Assembly (NCBI GenBank): GCA_002104905.1 | Contig: MCFE01000436.1 | Location: 11,387-75,386, forward strand | Length of the DNA: 64,000 nt | Source of the DNA: Basidiobolus meristosporus CBS 931.73 | Taxonomy: Eukaryota; Fungi; Basidiobolomycota | Reading direction: 5' to 3' | Shown here: positions 38,601 to 49,164 of the stretch, in pieces | Layout of the letters: each line of letters opens with the position of its first letter | Numbering within the stretch: the stretch's first letter is position 1 | Program-made: the position numbers and the translations under genes | The notes under the pieces: model-generated | Told to the model about the DNA's origin: nothing | The model's database searches: none | The model's input: only the letters and a program-made list of their open reading frames with translations

Positions 38601-40855
38601 TGCTCCAAATTAGCTGATCTTTGATCATTTCACGCAAATAATCAGAATTGATGTGTCCAAATCTCCTGTGCCAAAGTATTGGTGTTTCTTCATTTAAGTT
38701 ACTTATATGGGCTTCCAGATATGATGGAATATAAGTCAACTTGTATAGATTCTGATCTCTGATGCCCAAAGCAATATGGGCACCATTTTGGTCAGTGATC
38801 CTGCATCCAGAATTGTCAAACTGAAACTGAGTCCTTGTGCTGTGGCCTTGCTTACAGATAGTAGGTTCTTGGCTATTTCTGGTACATAGAGTACTCCTTT
38901 AAAGGTCAGTGTATGGCTTCCTTCACTGCTTCTAAGGTTTACTTGGATAGTTCCTTCTCCCACTGCATCAAGTGTTCTATTGTCACCCATGAAAACCTTC
39001 TTAATTGGAATTTCTTGATATTGGGTAAAAAGTTCTTTTTGGTGTGTAAAGTGTTGAGGAGCTCCAGAGTCAATATACCACATCTGAGAATCCTTGTTTG
39101 TGGTCATATTTAGTGCAGATATGAATAGTCTATCTTCAGCTGTTGCAGCAGTTCTATATTCAGGCTTCTTTTGCTGATTATCTTTCTTTTTGAGACACTG
39201 GTCTGATGTGTGTCCATTCCTTTTGTAGTAGTTACAAAACAGGTTGCTGTTGCCTTTGTAGGGTCTTGGGTACCTCCTTTGTTGGTTATCATGGCATATT
39301 AAAGCATTTTCTTCTTCCTTTTTATTGGCGCTTGATTTACTTAATTCTTCATCCAGGAGCCTTCCACATATGTAATTTAAGGTCAAATCTTCAGTTCTGG
39401 GCTCTAGGGCTGATACAAGGCCCTGACACTTGTCTGTCAGGCTATTCAGGATGGTAACTATCACATCCTCATCAGTGGTTGGTACACCCACAGATTCCAT
39501 CTCATCCACCAGCAGGGTAATTCTGTTAATTAGATTTTCATTTCTTCTCCTGGCAGCATCTTTGTAGTAAAGAATTTTTGTCTCAGATACATTTTCTTAG
39601 CAGCTGAGCATGACTGGTAGGTGTCTTCTAATACCTTCCAGGCATTCTTTGCTGTTTTTGCTCTTGAGCATTGAATTAGCAATTTGTCTTTAACATTAAT
39701 GCAAATGCAGTTAAAGGCACTTTGTTCTTTCTTCTGGTACTTTAAGGCTTCCTCTCCCATGTTTTTAGGAGGGCATTCTTCTCCCATAACAATATCACAA
39801 AGGCCTCTTTCTTGTAGCAGCATCTTCATCTTCACCTTCCACACTTGGTAGTTAGATCCATCCAACTGTTCAGCAGAGGGAAAAATTCCAGTAATAGCAG
39901 TAGTAGACATTGCAGAGAGTGACAGCTTGGGGCTCATAACCTGTTGTAAGAGTCGTAGAGATATTGGAAGTGATTGGGAGGACAAGTAGACTATGTGGTT
40001 TTCACTTAATGATTTATTGAATGTAAAAGTAGTATTTATACTTTTACATGGTCTTGGCATTACAAATACATAGAATAGGTTAAGGAAGGTCCCAAGAACA
40101 TGTGTGCAAAGTTTGGGGCTGTTTGAACAACTTAGAATATTTTCACCAAAGTACCAGGTACCCAGAACATGAAAATTCTCAAAGTAAATCCCAACAAGGA
40201 ATTTGGTCAGTATTCTCTAGGATTTGAAGGTGATAATCTAAGTGACTAAGTTAGGTGAATATATAGGTGGAAATACAAATTTTTACAACACTTTCTTCTG
40301 GTACTTTAAGGCTTCCTCTCCCATGTTTTTAGGAGGGCATTCTTCTCCCAGGACAATATCCCAAAGGCCTCTTTCTTGTAGCAGCATCTTCATTTTCACC
40401 TTCCACACTTGGTAGTTAGATCCATCCAACTTTTCAGCAGAGGGAAAAATTCCAGTAATAGCAGTAGTGGACATTGCAGAGAGTGACAGCTTGGGGCTCA
40501 TAACCTGTTGTAAGAGTCTTGGAGATATTGGAAGTGATTGGGAGAACAAGTAGATTATGTGGTTTTCACTTATTGATTTATTGAATGTAAAAGTAGTATT
40601 TATACTTTTACCTGGTCTTGGCATTACAAACACGTAGAATAGGTTAAGGAAGGTCCCAAGAACATGTGTGCAAGGTTTGGGGCTGTTTGGACAACTTTGA
40701 GAATTTTCATGTTCTGGGTACCTGGTATTTTGGTGAAAATATTCTAAGTAAATCCCAACAAGGAATTTTGGTCAGTATTCTCTAGGATTTGAAGGTGATG
40801 ATCTAAGTGACTAAGTTAGGTGAATATTTAGGTGGAAATACAAATTTTTACAACA
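35640..40855 (-). mobile_element. Ty1/copia three-LTR unit (LTRs 35640-35989, 39942-40290, 40506-40855) with TSD CCAAT
   Basis: CCAAT at 35635-35639 and 40856-40860; fragmented gag-pol 39530-40060 through 36001-36780; 215 bp extra gag piece at 40291-40505. Confidence 0.9.
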
Positions 40856-42157
40856 CCAATCACTACTAATATCTCCAGAACTATTACAATATATTTGACA
40901 GGTATACTCAGTATTACTCCCACTGGTCTAGATAATTGAGCTGACAGGTGGTCTGACTAGTGGGCTCCACTCCTGGCCTTTAGTCTATTAGGGAAGTATC
41001 TAAGCAACTGATAAGCTTGGGCAAACATCTATTGGTTGTGTATTTTATAATTAAGCAGTTGACTGAAATACATATGTATCATATAGAAATATGCTCCTAA
41101 GATCCCAAGTACACTCATCTAAGGGTTTATTTACATTTTTAGGCTTCATGTTATCACTGTCTAAAAGCTCCAACTAGTGTTCAACATGTATTTCAGGATC
41201 ACTCAATTGACTTGATCAAAAAGTACAAAAAATAGCAGATCTGGGCTTGTTTCTTGCTAAAATTAGGCATATATCTTTGACACAAAGTATTTGTAGCATC
41301 TGAACTGTTGCTATTTCTTAGCTTTCATTTTCATCACATCCTCATCTTCTGCCAAATATATACACCTTTTCTGGACTTCTCAAAGGGGTTGTAATTATGA
41401 AGTTGTCACCTGGGTACCCATGCTAGCTTAGTTGCATATATCTTATTCTGAGATTAGCATTTGGGCCTGACCAAATGACTGATCCATTCTTACTTGGAAT
41501 ATTTTTACCAAATTATTAGGTACCCAGATTATGACCTTGCTGAAGCTCATCCAAAAGATCCCAAACTTTGCACGCATATTCTTGGGACCTTTATTAGCAA
41601 GCTGTTTATGTTTTTTGCCTTACTTTATCAAAAGTTTAAATACTATACTTCTAATCAATGAATCTACACATGAGTAGCATGTGAACCCTCTAAGTGTTGT
41701 AAAAATTTGTATTCCCACCTAAATATTCACCTAACTTAGTCACTTAGATCATTACCTTCAAGTCCTAGAGAGTACTGACCAGATTCCTTGACAGGATTGT
41801 TGTAAGAGTCTTGGAGATATTGGAAGTGATTTGGAGAACAAGTAGATTATGTGGTTTTCACTTAATGATTTATTGAATGTAAAAGTAGTATTTATACTTT
41901 TACATGGTCTTGGCATTACAAACACGTAGAATAGGTTAAGGAAGGTCCCAAGAACATGTGTGCAAAGTTTGGGGCTGTTTGGACAACTTTGAGAATTTCA
42001 TGTTCTGGGTACCTGGTATTTTGGTGAAAATATTCTAAGTAAATCCCAACAAGGAATTTGGTCAGTAGTCTCTAGGATTTGAAGGTGATGATCTGAGTGA
42101 CTAAGTTAGGTGAATATTTAGGTGGAAGATACGAATTTTTACAACACTCCCACTCAG

Positions 42158-44650
42158 CTAAATGTTCATACTGACTAGTCCTAATTTTGACCTAAGATAT
42201 TCAAACTTGTCTCTAGCTAATGGTTTGGTAAATATGTCTGCAATCATTTCATCTGTAGGACAGTAAACTAAGCTAACTAAGTTATTCTCTATAGCTTCAC
42301 ATATGAAATGATGTCTAATATCTATGTGCTTGGTTCTAGCATGAAAAGTTGGATTTCTACCTAATTGTATACACCCTTGATTATCTTGAAATAAAGTAAT
42401 AGGCATTTTTTGACATAGGCCTAAATCTGTAAAGAGCTTTCTTAACCACATTGCTTCTTTTGTAGCTTCACAGGCTGCCATATACTCTGCCTCTGTGGTG
42501 GAAAGTGCTACGGTTGGTTGCTTTCTTGAATTCCATGAAATGGCTCCTTTACAGTAAAGAAAGGTGTATCCGGTGGTGGATCTTCTGTCTTCTAAATTTT
42601 GTCCCCAATCAGCATCAGAGTATCCCACAAGATCCTGTTCTGAATCCTTATAAGTGTATCTTAAGCAGATATCAGCAGTTCCTTTTAGGTATCTAAAAAT
42701 CCGCTTAACTGCTGCAATATGATCAGATCCATAATTCTGATTATGTTGGCTGACAACTCCCACTGAATATGAGATATCTGGACGTGTTCCAAGCATGATA
42801 TACATCAGACTGCCGACTATAGATTGATAAGAAAAGTCAGGGCTTTCAGATGGCACCAAGCTCTCTTGATTTGGTTGAGTTTTGACCAAGTTAAGGTTTG
42901 TCTCCATTGGGGTAGCTGCCGGTTTACAGTCTTCCATTTTGTACTTCTTTAGTATATCTTGAATATACTTGGATTGGCTTAGGGTAATAGTCTGGGTACT
43001 TCTGTCTATGGAGAACTTAATCCCTAAGTAGTAACTAAGTTCTCCTAGATTGGACATCTTGAATTCCTTAGATAGGCTGGATTTAGTCTCTTCCAATGTT
43101 TCTAGGTTATTGGCGGCTATAATAAGATCATCCACATATAGAGCTAATAGAACTGGATTTGCTCTATCTGGCTTATAGTATATACTATAGTCAGCATTAC
43201 TCCTTTTGAAACTCAAAGATTCCAAATAAGAATCTATCTTGCAATTCCAGGCTCTTGGTGATTGTTTGAGACCATATAGTGACTTTTTAAGCTTGCAGAC
43301 CAAATGGGGGTTATCTTGGTCAACAAACCCATCAGGCTGGTCCATATACACGTCCTCATCAAGTTCTCCATTCAAAAATGCAGTTTTTACATCCATTTGA
43401 TGAATAAAAAACTTATATTTGGCTGCAATAGCCAATATTAATCTGATGGAATTAAACTTGGCTACCGGTGCAAAGGTCTCAGTATAGTCAAGTCCTTTTG
43501 TTTGAGAGTATCCTTTGGCTACAAGTCTTGCTTTGTATCTTTCAATTGTACCATCAGCCTTGTATTTTGTCTTGAAGACCCATCTGCATCCAATTGATTT
43601 TCGGTTGATTGGTAATTTGACTAAGTCCCAAGTTTGATTTTCCATCAGGGCCTGATATTCCTCAGTCATTGCAGATCTCCAAAACTTTGTCTGAGGGCTA
43701 TTTAGGGCCTCTTTTACAGTCTGGGGTTCATCAATATGGACTGAATAGGCATAGGCTAAGTTTGTACCCTCATTAATATAGTAATTTGGGCTATTTCTTG
43801 TCCGATTTGATCTCTGGGCATTTGATACTGGAATGATCACTTCTGGGATATTCCTAGGCACTGATTCTGGCTGAACCACGGTTGTAGAGTCCTCTGGAGT
43901 GAAAAAATTCTCATTGTTTTGCTCTGATTCAATCCTGACAATTGGTGGACTTGAGATCAAATTTTCGTCATCATCTGATGTCATTTTTTGTGAAAATTTT
44001 GAATTTTCATCAAACAACACATCCCTGGACTTGATAAGCTTCTTTGCTTTGGTATTGTAGAGTCTGTATGCCTTACTCTCATTGCAGTAGCCCAAAAATA
44101 TGCATTTTACACTTTTTGGCTCAAATTTTGACTGATTTCCGGCCAGTTTTTTGGCATTTGCTGTGCACCCAAATATTCTTAGATGTTCTGCACTTGGTCT
44201 GTATCCATACCATGCTTCAAGTGGAGTAGAATCACAAAGTATTCTGTTATAACTCCTATTTTTAAGGTATACAGCAGTGGCAACTGATTCCGCCCAAAAA
44301 TCATAGGATAATTTTTGATCATGGATCATAGATCTTGCCATATCAATTATTGATCTGTTAGCTTGTTCTGCTACTCCATTTTGCTGTGGGGAGTATGGTA
44401 CAGTAGTCTCTTGCTTTATCCCATGAATTTTGCAGAAGTGGATGAAGAGTTTTGAGGTATATTCTCCACCATTGTCAGAGCGTATTTTCTTGATTTTTGC
44501 ACCAGTTTCTCTCTCCACCATGGCTTTAAACTCCCTGAGCTTAGACAGAGCTTCTTCCTTTCTTTCCATGAAGTAGACCCATGTGTATCTTGTATAATCA
44601 TCAATAAAAGTGATTAAATACTTCATCCCGCCTAAGGATAAATTTTGCAT
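42158..44650 (-). CDS. Copia Pol (integrase, RT, RNase H)
   Basis: [64 protein letters not shown]. Confidence 0.95.
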   Translation of the reverse strand: MQNLSLGGMKYLITFIDDYTRYTWVYFMERKEEALSKLREFKAMVERETGAKIKKIRSDNGGEYTSKLFIHFCKIHGIKQETTVPYSPQQNGVAEQANRSIIDMARSMIHDQKLSYDFWAESVATAVYLKNRSYNRILCDSTPLEAWYGYRPSAEHLRIFGCTANAKKLAGNQSKFEPKSVKCIFLGYCNESKAYRLYNTKAKKLIKSRDVLFDENSKFSQKMTSDDDENLISSPPIVRIESEQNNENFFTPEDSTTVVQPESVPRNIPEVIIPVSNAQRSNRTRNSPNYYINEGTNLAYAYSVHIDEPQTVKEALNSPQTKFWRSAMTEEYQALMENQTWDLVKLPINRKSIGCRWVFKTKYKADGTIERYKARLVAKGYSQTKGLDYTETFAPVAKFNSIRLILAIAAKYKFFIHQMDVKTAFLNGELDEDVYMDQPDGFVDQDNPHLVCKLKKSLYGLKQSPRAWNCKIDSYLESLSFKRSNADYSIYYKPDRANPVLLALYVDDLIIAANNLETLEETKSSLSKEFKMSNLGELSYYLGIKFSIDRSTQTITLSQSKYIQDILKKYKMEDCKPAATPMETNLNLVKTQPNQESLVPSESPDFSYQSIVGSLMYIMLGTRPDISYSVGVVSQHNQNYGSDHIAAVKRIFRYLKGTADICLRYTYKDSEQDLVGYSDADWGQNLEDRRSTTGYTFLYCKGAISWNSRKQPTVALSTTEAEYMAACEATKEAMWLRKLFTDLGLCQKMPITLFQDNQGCIQLGRNPTFHARTKHIDIRHHFICEAIENNLVSLVYCPTDEMIADIFTKPLARDKFEYLRSKLGLVSMNI

Positions 44651-44924
44651 AGGTCCACACAGATCTGAGTGAATTAGATCTAATTTTTTCTTAGTTTTGA
44701 TTAACCCAGAGCTCTTGAACGGTTGTCTGGCTTGTTTTCATATATGCAGGCTTCACAGTGCTCCAAATTAGCTGGGGGATCAATTTTCACTCCAGAAATT
44801 AGCTGATCTTTGATCATTTTATGCAAATAATCAAAATTGATGTGTCCAAATCTCCTGTGCCAAAGCATTGGTGTTTCTTCATTTAAGTTACTTATATTGG
44901 CTTCCAGATATGATGGAATATAAG

Positions 44925-46100
44925 TCAACTTGTATAGGTCTGATCTCTGATGCCCGAAGCAATATGAGCACCATTTTGATCAGTGATCCTGCATCCAGAA
45001 TTGTCAAAACTGAAACTGAGTCCTTCTGCTGTGGCCTTGCTTACAGAGAGTAGGTTCTTGGCTATTTCTGGTACATAGAGTACTTCTTTAAAGGTCAGTG
45101 TATGGCTTCCTTCACTGCTTCTAAGGTTTACTTGGATAGTTCCTTCTCCCACTGCATCAAGTGTTCTATCGTCACCCATGAAAACCTTCTTAATTGGAAT
45201 TTCTTGATATTGGGTAAAAAGTTCTTTTTGGTGTGTAAAGTGTTGAGAAGCTCCAGAGTCAATATACCACGTCTGAGAATCCTTGTTTGTGGTCATATTT
45301 AGTGCAGATATGAATAGTCTATCTTCAGTTGTTGCAGCATTTCCATATTCAGGCTTCTTTTGCTGATAATCTCTCTTTTTGAAACACCGGTCTGATGTGT
45401 GTCCTTTTCTTTTGCAGTAGTGGCAAAATAGGTTGCTGTTGCCTTTGTAGGGTCTTGGGTACCTCCTTTGTTGGTTATCATTGCTTATTAAAGCATTTTC
45501 TTCTTCCTTCTTATTGGCACTTGATTTTCTTAATTCTTCATCCAGGAGCCTTCCATATACGTAATTTAAGGTCAAATCTTCAGTTCTGGACTCTAGGGCT
45601 GATACAAGGCCCTGAAACTCGTCTGTCAGGCTATTCAGGATGGTAACTATCACATCCTCATCAGTAGTTGGTACGCCCACAGATTCCATCTCATCTACCA
45701 GCAGGGTAATTCTGTTAATTAGATTTTTCATTTCTTCTCCTGGCAGCATCTTTGTAGTAAAGAATTTTCTTCTCAGATACATTTTCTTAGCAGCTGAACA
45801 TGACTGGTAGGTGTCTTCTAATGCCTTCCAGGCATTCTTTGCCGTTTTTGCTCTTGAGCATTGAATTAGCAATTTGTCCTTGACATTAAGGCAAATGCAG
45901 TTAAAGGCACTTTGTTCTTTCTTCTGGTACTTTAAGGCTTCCTCTCCCACGTTTTTAGGAGGGCATTCTTCTCCCATAACAATATCACAAAGGCCTCTTT
46001 CTTGTAGCAGCATCTTCATCTTCACCTTCCACACTTGGTAGTTAGATCCATCCAACTTTTCAGCAGAGGGAAAAATTCCAGTAATAGCAGTAGTAGACAT
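44925..46100 (-). CDS. Copia Gag-protease (probable start MSTTA at 46100), frameshifted from Pol
   Basis: LDGSNYQVWK, CHYCKRKGHTSDRC zinc knuckle, WYIDSGASQH protease motif. Confidence 0.9.
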   Translation of the reverse strand: MSTTAITGIFPSAEKLDGSNYQVWKVKMKMLLQERGLCDIVMGEECPPKNVGEEALKYQKKEQSAFNCICLNVKDKLLIQCSRAKTAKNAWKALEDTYQSCSAAKKMYLRRKFFTTKMLPGEEMKNLINRITLLVDEMESVGVPTTDEDVIVTILNSLTDEFQGLVSALESRTEDLTLNYVYGRLLDEELRKSSANKKEEENALISNDNQQRRYPRPYKGNSNLFCHYCKRKGHTSDRCFKKRDYQQKKPEYGNAATTEDRLFISALNMTTNKDSQTWYIDSGASQHFTHQKELFTQYQEIPIKKVFMGDDRTLDAVGEGTIQVNLRSSEGSHTLTFKEVLYVPEIAKNLLSVSKATAEGLSFSFDNSGCRITDQNGAHIASGIRDQTYTS

Positions 46101-46119
46101 TGCAGAGAGTGACAGCTCG

Positions 46120-46131
46120 GGGCTCATAACC
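46120..46131 (-). promoter_or_regulatory. Primer-binding site GGTTATGAGCCC, directly abutting the 5' LTR
   Basis: The same motif follows the LTRs at 39941, 40505 and the old LTR near 46760. Confidence 0.8.
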
Positions 46132-49100
46132 TGTTGTAAGAGTCTTGGAGATATTGGAAGTGATTTGGAGAACAAGTAGATTATGTGGTTTTCACTTAAT
46201 GATTTATTGAATGTAAAAGTAGTATTTATACTTTTACATGGTCTTGGCATTACAAACACGTAGAATAGGTTAAGGAAGGTCCCAAGAACATGTGTGCAAA
46301 GTTTGGGGCTGTTTGGACAACTTTGAGAATTTTCATGTTCTGGGTACCTGGTATTTTGGTGAAAATATTCTAAGTAAATCCCAACAAGGAATTTGGTCAG
46401 TATTCTCTAGGATTTGAAGGTGATGATCTGAGTGACTAAGTTAGGTGAATATTTAGGTGGAAGATACGAATTTTTACAACAAGGATTTACTTCAAATATT
46501 TGCCCAGAACATGAAAATTAGATAAGTTGTCCAAACAGCCCCAAACTTTGCACACATGTTCTTGGGACCTTCCTTAACCTATTCTATGTGTTTGTTATGC
46601 CAAGATCATGTAAAAGTATAAATACTACTTTTACATTCAATAAATCAATAAGTGAAAACCACATAATCTACTTGTCCTCCCAATCACTTCCAATATCTCC
46701 AAGACTCTTACAACACTAAGTCTACCCACCACTTCCAATACTCCTCAGAATATTGCAGCAGGTTATGAGCCCCAAGCTTGCTATCCTCTTGATGCCTGCT
46801 TTGCTCTAGATATGCTTTGCTAGTCTGGAGAAAGAATTTCTGCACTATTATTCTGCTAAAAGTTAAAGATAACTACTACTGTTAATGGACTATGTTTATG
46901 AGGATATTGTTGTGGAGAAGAAAGCCTTGCTTTCAAAAGATGCTCTCAGTAACTATTCAAGTTAGCTATATGTGATAATGGACCCTAGGCCACTTCATGT
47001 TCTGGATACCTGATAATTTGGTGAAAATATTCTGAGCAAATTCTAACAAGAAATTAGGTCAGGACAGGATGCTAATCCCAGAACAAGATCTGTGTGACTA
47101 AGTTAAAATGGATATTTAGGTGACAACATAATAATTATAGCAGTATAGAGAGGGCAGTCTTTCTCCAAAATAGAAGCAGTATCCACCAAGGCAAAGTAGA
47201 CAACCAAGGGTAACAAGCTTGGGGTATCTAGCCTGTTGCAAGATTCTGGGGAGTATTGGAAGTGATTTGGAGAACTAGAGGAATGGCATTATATTTACTT
47301 TTCTTTTATTGAGCTCCAATAAGGTAGTTGTACTATAGGGAAACTTTCTTAGACTAATGAGATAAATATTGTCAGGAAGGTCCCCGGAGGCTGTGTGCAA
47401 AGCTTGGAGGCTCTTGGACAAGTCTGAGAATACTGTTTAATTCCAGACCTTCACTAGTTCTAGGAATTAGCTGATACCATACAAACTAGATCTTAGGTTA
47501 GTAATTTTGTATATGCCAGTCTGAAAGTACTTGGTAACAGAAAGCTACCAATGTCCACTGGAAACTGGTGGTTGATTGGTACCCCAAAAAGGGTGGGAAT
47601 CTTTGGTTACAATGGTAGGAATACCAACGTGGACAATCTTTCCCTAGAGCGTACCTACGGACCCTCAATCAATGATTGATTTGAAATTTCCTTGGAATGG
47701 CCGCTTGTCAATGCTCCTGGATTGGGGTCCCCTCTTTCCACGACATTCCATCACTTGGCCCTAGAATCTCTTCGACGAGATGCTAGCCCAAGTATCGAAG
47801 CATCATTTCTACCTAGCAAACCAACAAGGTGGGGCTGACGCTCGTTTCTCAGTACACCAGAGCACTGTCAAGTTCTCAGTGCCAGTGCCAGGTGGGGCAT
47901 AAAATAAGCCGCATACCGGACCTGTACCTAAAGGGGAATTCCAAAGATTCTGAAATACGATTCACCTGCTGAAGAAGGGTGGTCATTGTTGTAAGCCTAC
48001 GGGCTGGGGGATTTGGAATGCGTCCAAGGATACTGGATATCGCCATGAGATGCTAGCCAACCGATCCGCAGCTTACAAGCCAGAGGCATGACATCCAGCT
48101 CCTTGTGCGAGTGGCAGTGTTTTCGGCCCACCGTTACTCAACGAAAATGGTTAGGTTGGGAAGAAGTGTGCCCAGTTTGGCATTGATATTAAATTCGACC
48201 CGATTGACTTGATATCAAATCATTCCAGTAGATGTAGAACCGATTCTCACCATCCCACCCACCACATATAAATGGCCCCCTGGGTCTTTACGGCGAGGTG
48301 TAGGTCCTCGGTTTTCATGAGGCTTGGATGACCTCCCGAGGCTTGGAGAGTACGCAATGATACCTTCGCGCTAGGGATGCCCGGTTCGTGTAGAGTAGAC
48401 CACCCTACGGCCTGCCCAACCAGCCGGCCTTTGGCGTATGATTGGTCCTCTGACCTTCGAGTGTATCCCTAAGTTCGATGGGGGCGGATCCCGTCACCTG
48501 ATCTGCACGCCCCCCCCTTCACCGGAAAGAATAAGCTTCGACATATTTGGCGATTTCAAATCAGGCTAAATATGGCAGTCGAGAGTCCGATGTCTAAATG
48601 GAGGGGCATTCTACGCACCATCAAATGAAATGGCTGGTCGCGGTCCTTGGGAGAACCATGTTTGTCACTAGTCCACAAACGGACTCCGGACCATCGGTCT
48701 GAATAGAACGACCCCGTCACCCCTCTAGGCACGCCACCTGCGGTTCCACCGACACGATGGAACCGGAAGGAATTACCAAACGGGGAAACCAAATCTGGCC
48801 GCCTCGTCGGGCATCTTAAAAAAATGAGGATCTAGGGATCTTGCCATCGGGCCACCGACCCGATGATAGGCCCGCGGGGATCACGTTGAGACAAGAACTC
48901 TTTAATTCGAGCGTTGATGATAAGCTAAGCCTAACTGGGTGATCGGATCCGTCCACGGTTTGTTACAACCACGGGGACGGACCGACATGGGACGTTGAAC
49001 AGACCATCTATCACAAAGCTGGTAAAAATACAAAAATACACTAGGGACAACGGATGGGTGATATCTTGGGGAATCTATGGGATATTGGTTGTCTAGGTAG

Positions 49101-49164
49101 AGCTGGGCGGGCTATAAGGTGGACTTGAATTTACATTGGTGCGGTACAGGTGGTTGGTGGCGGT

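Larger units (their letters stand above)
41798..46481 (-). mobile_element. Young full-length Ty1/copia retrotransposon with TSD AGGAT
   Basis: LTRs 41798-42146 and 46132-46481 differ at only two positions by eye; AGGAT at 41793-41797 and 46482-46486; PBS and polypurine tract present. Confidence 0.95.
41695..46715 (+). repeat. Copia solo LTR (41695-41797 plus 46487-46715) with its own TSD CTAAG, split by the full-length element
   Basis: CTAAG at 41690-41694 and 46716-46720; the two halves rejoin into one LTR. Confidence 0.85.

Noticed and set aside
46101-46259. N-terminal Gag extension (MFVMPRP...) starting inside the LTR, also called at 39530, 40283 and 53488
   Set aside because: Its ATG lies upstream of the probable TATA box (GTATAAATA) in the LTR, so it is unlikely to be in the mRNA. 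It recurs simply because the LTR is repeated.
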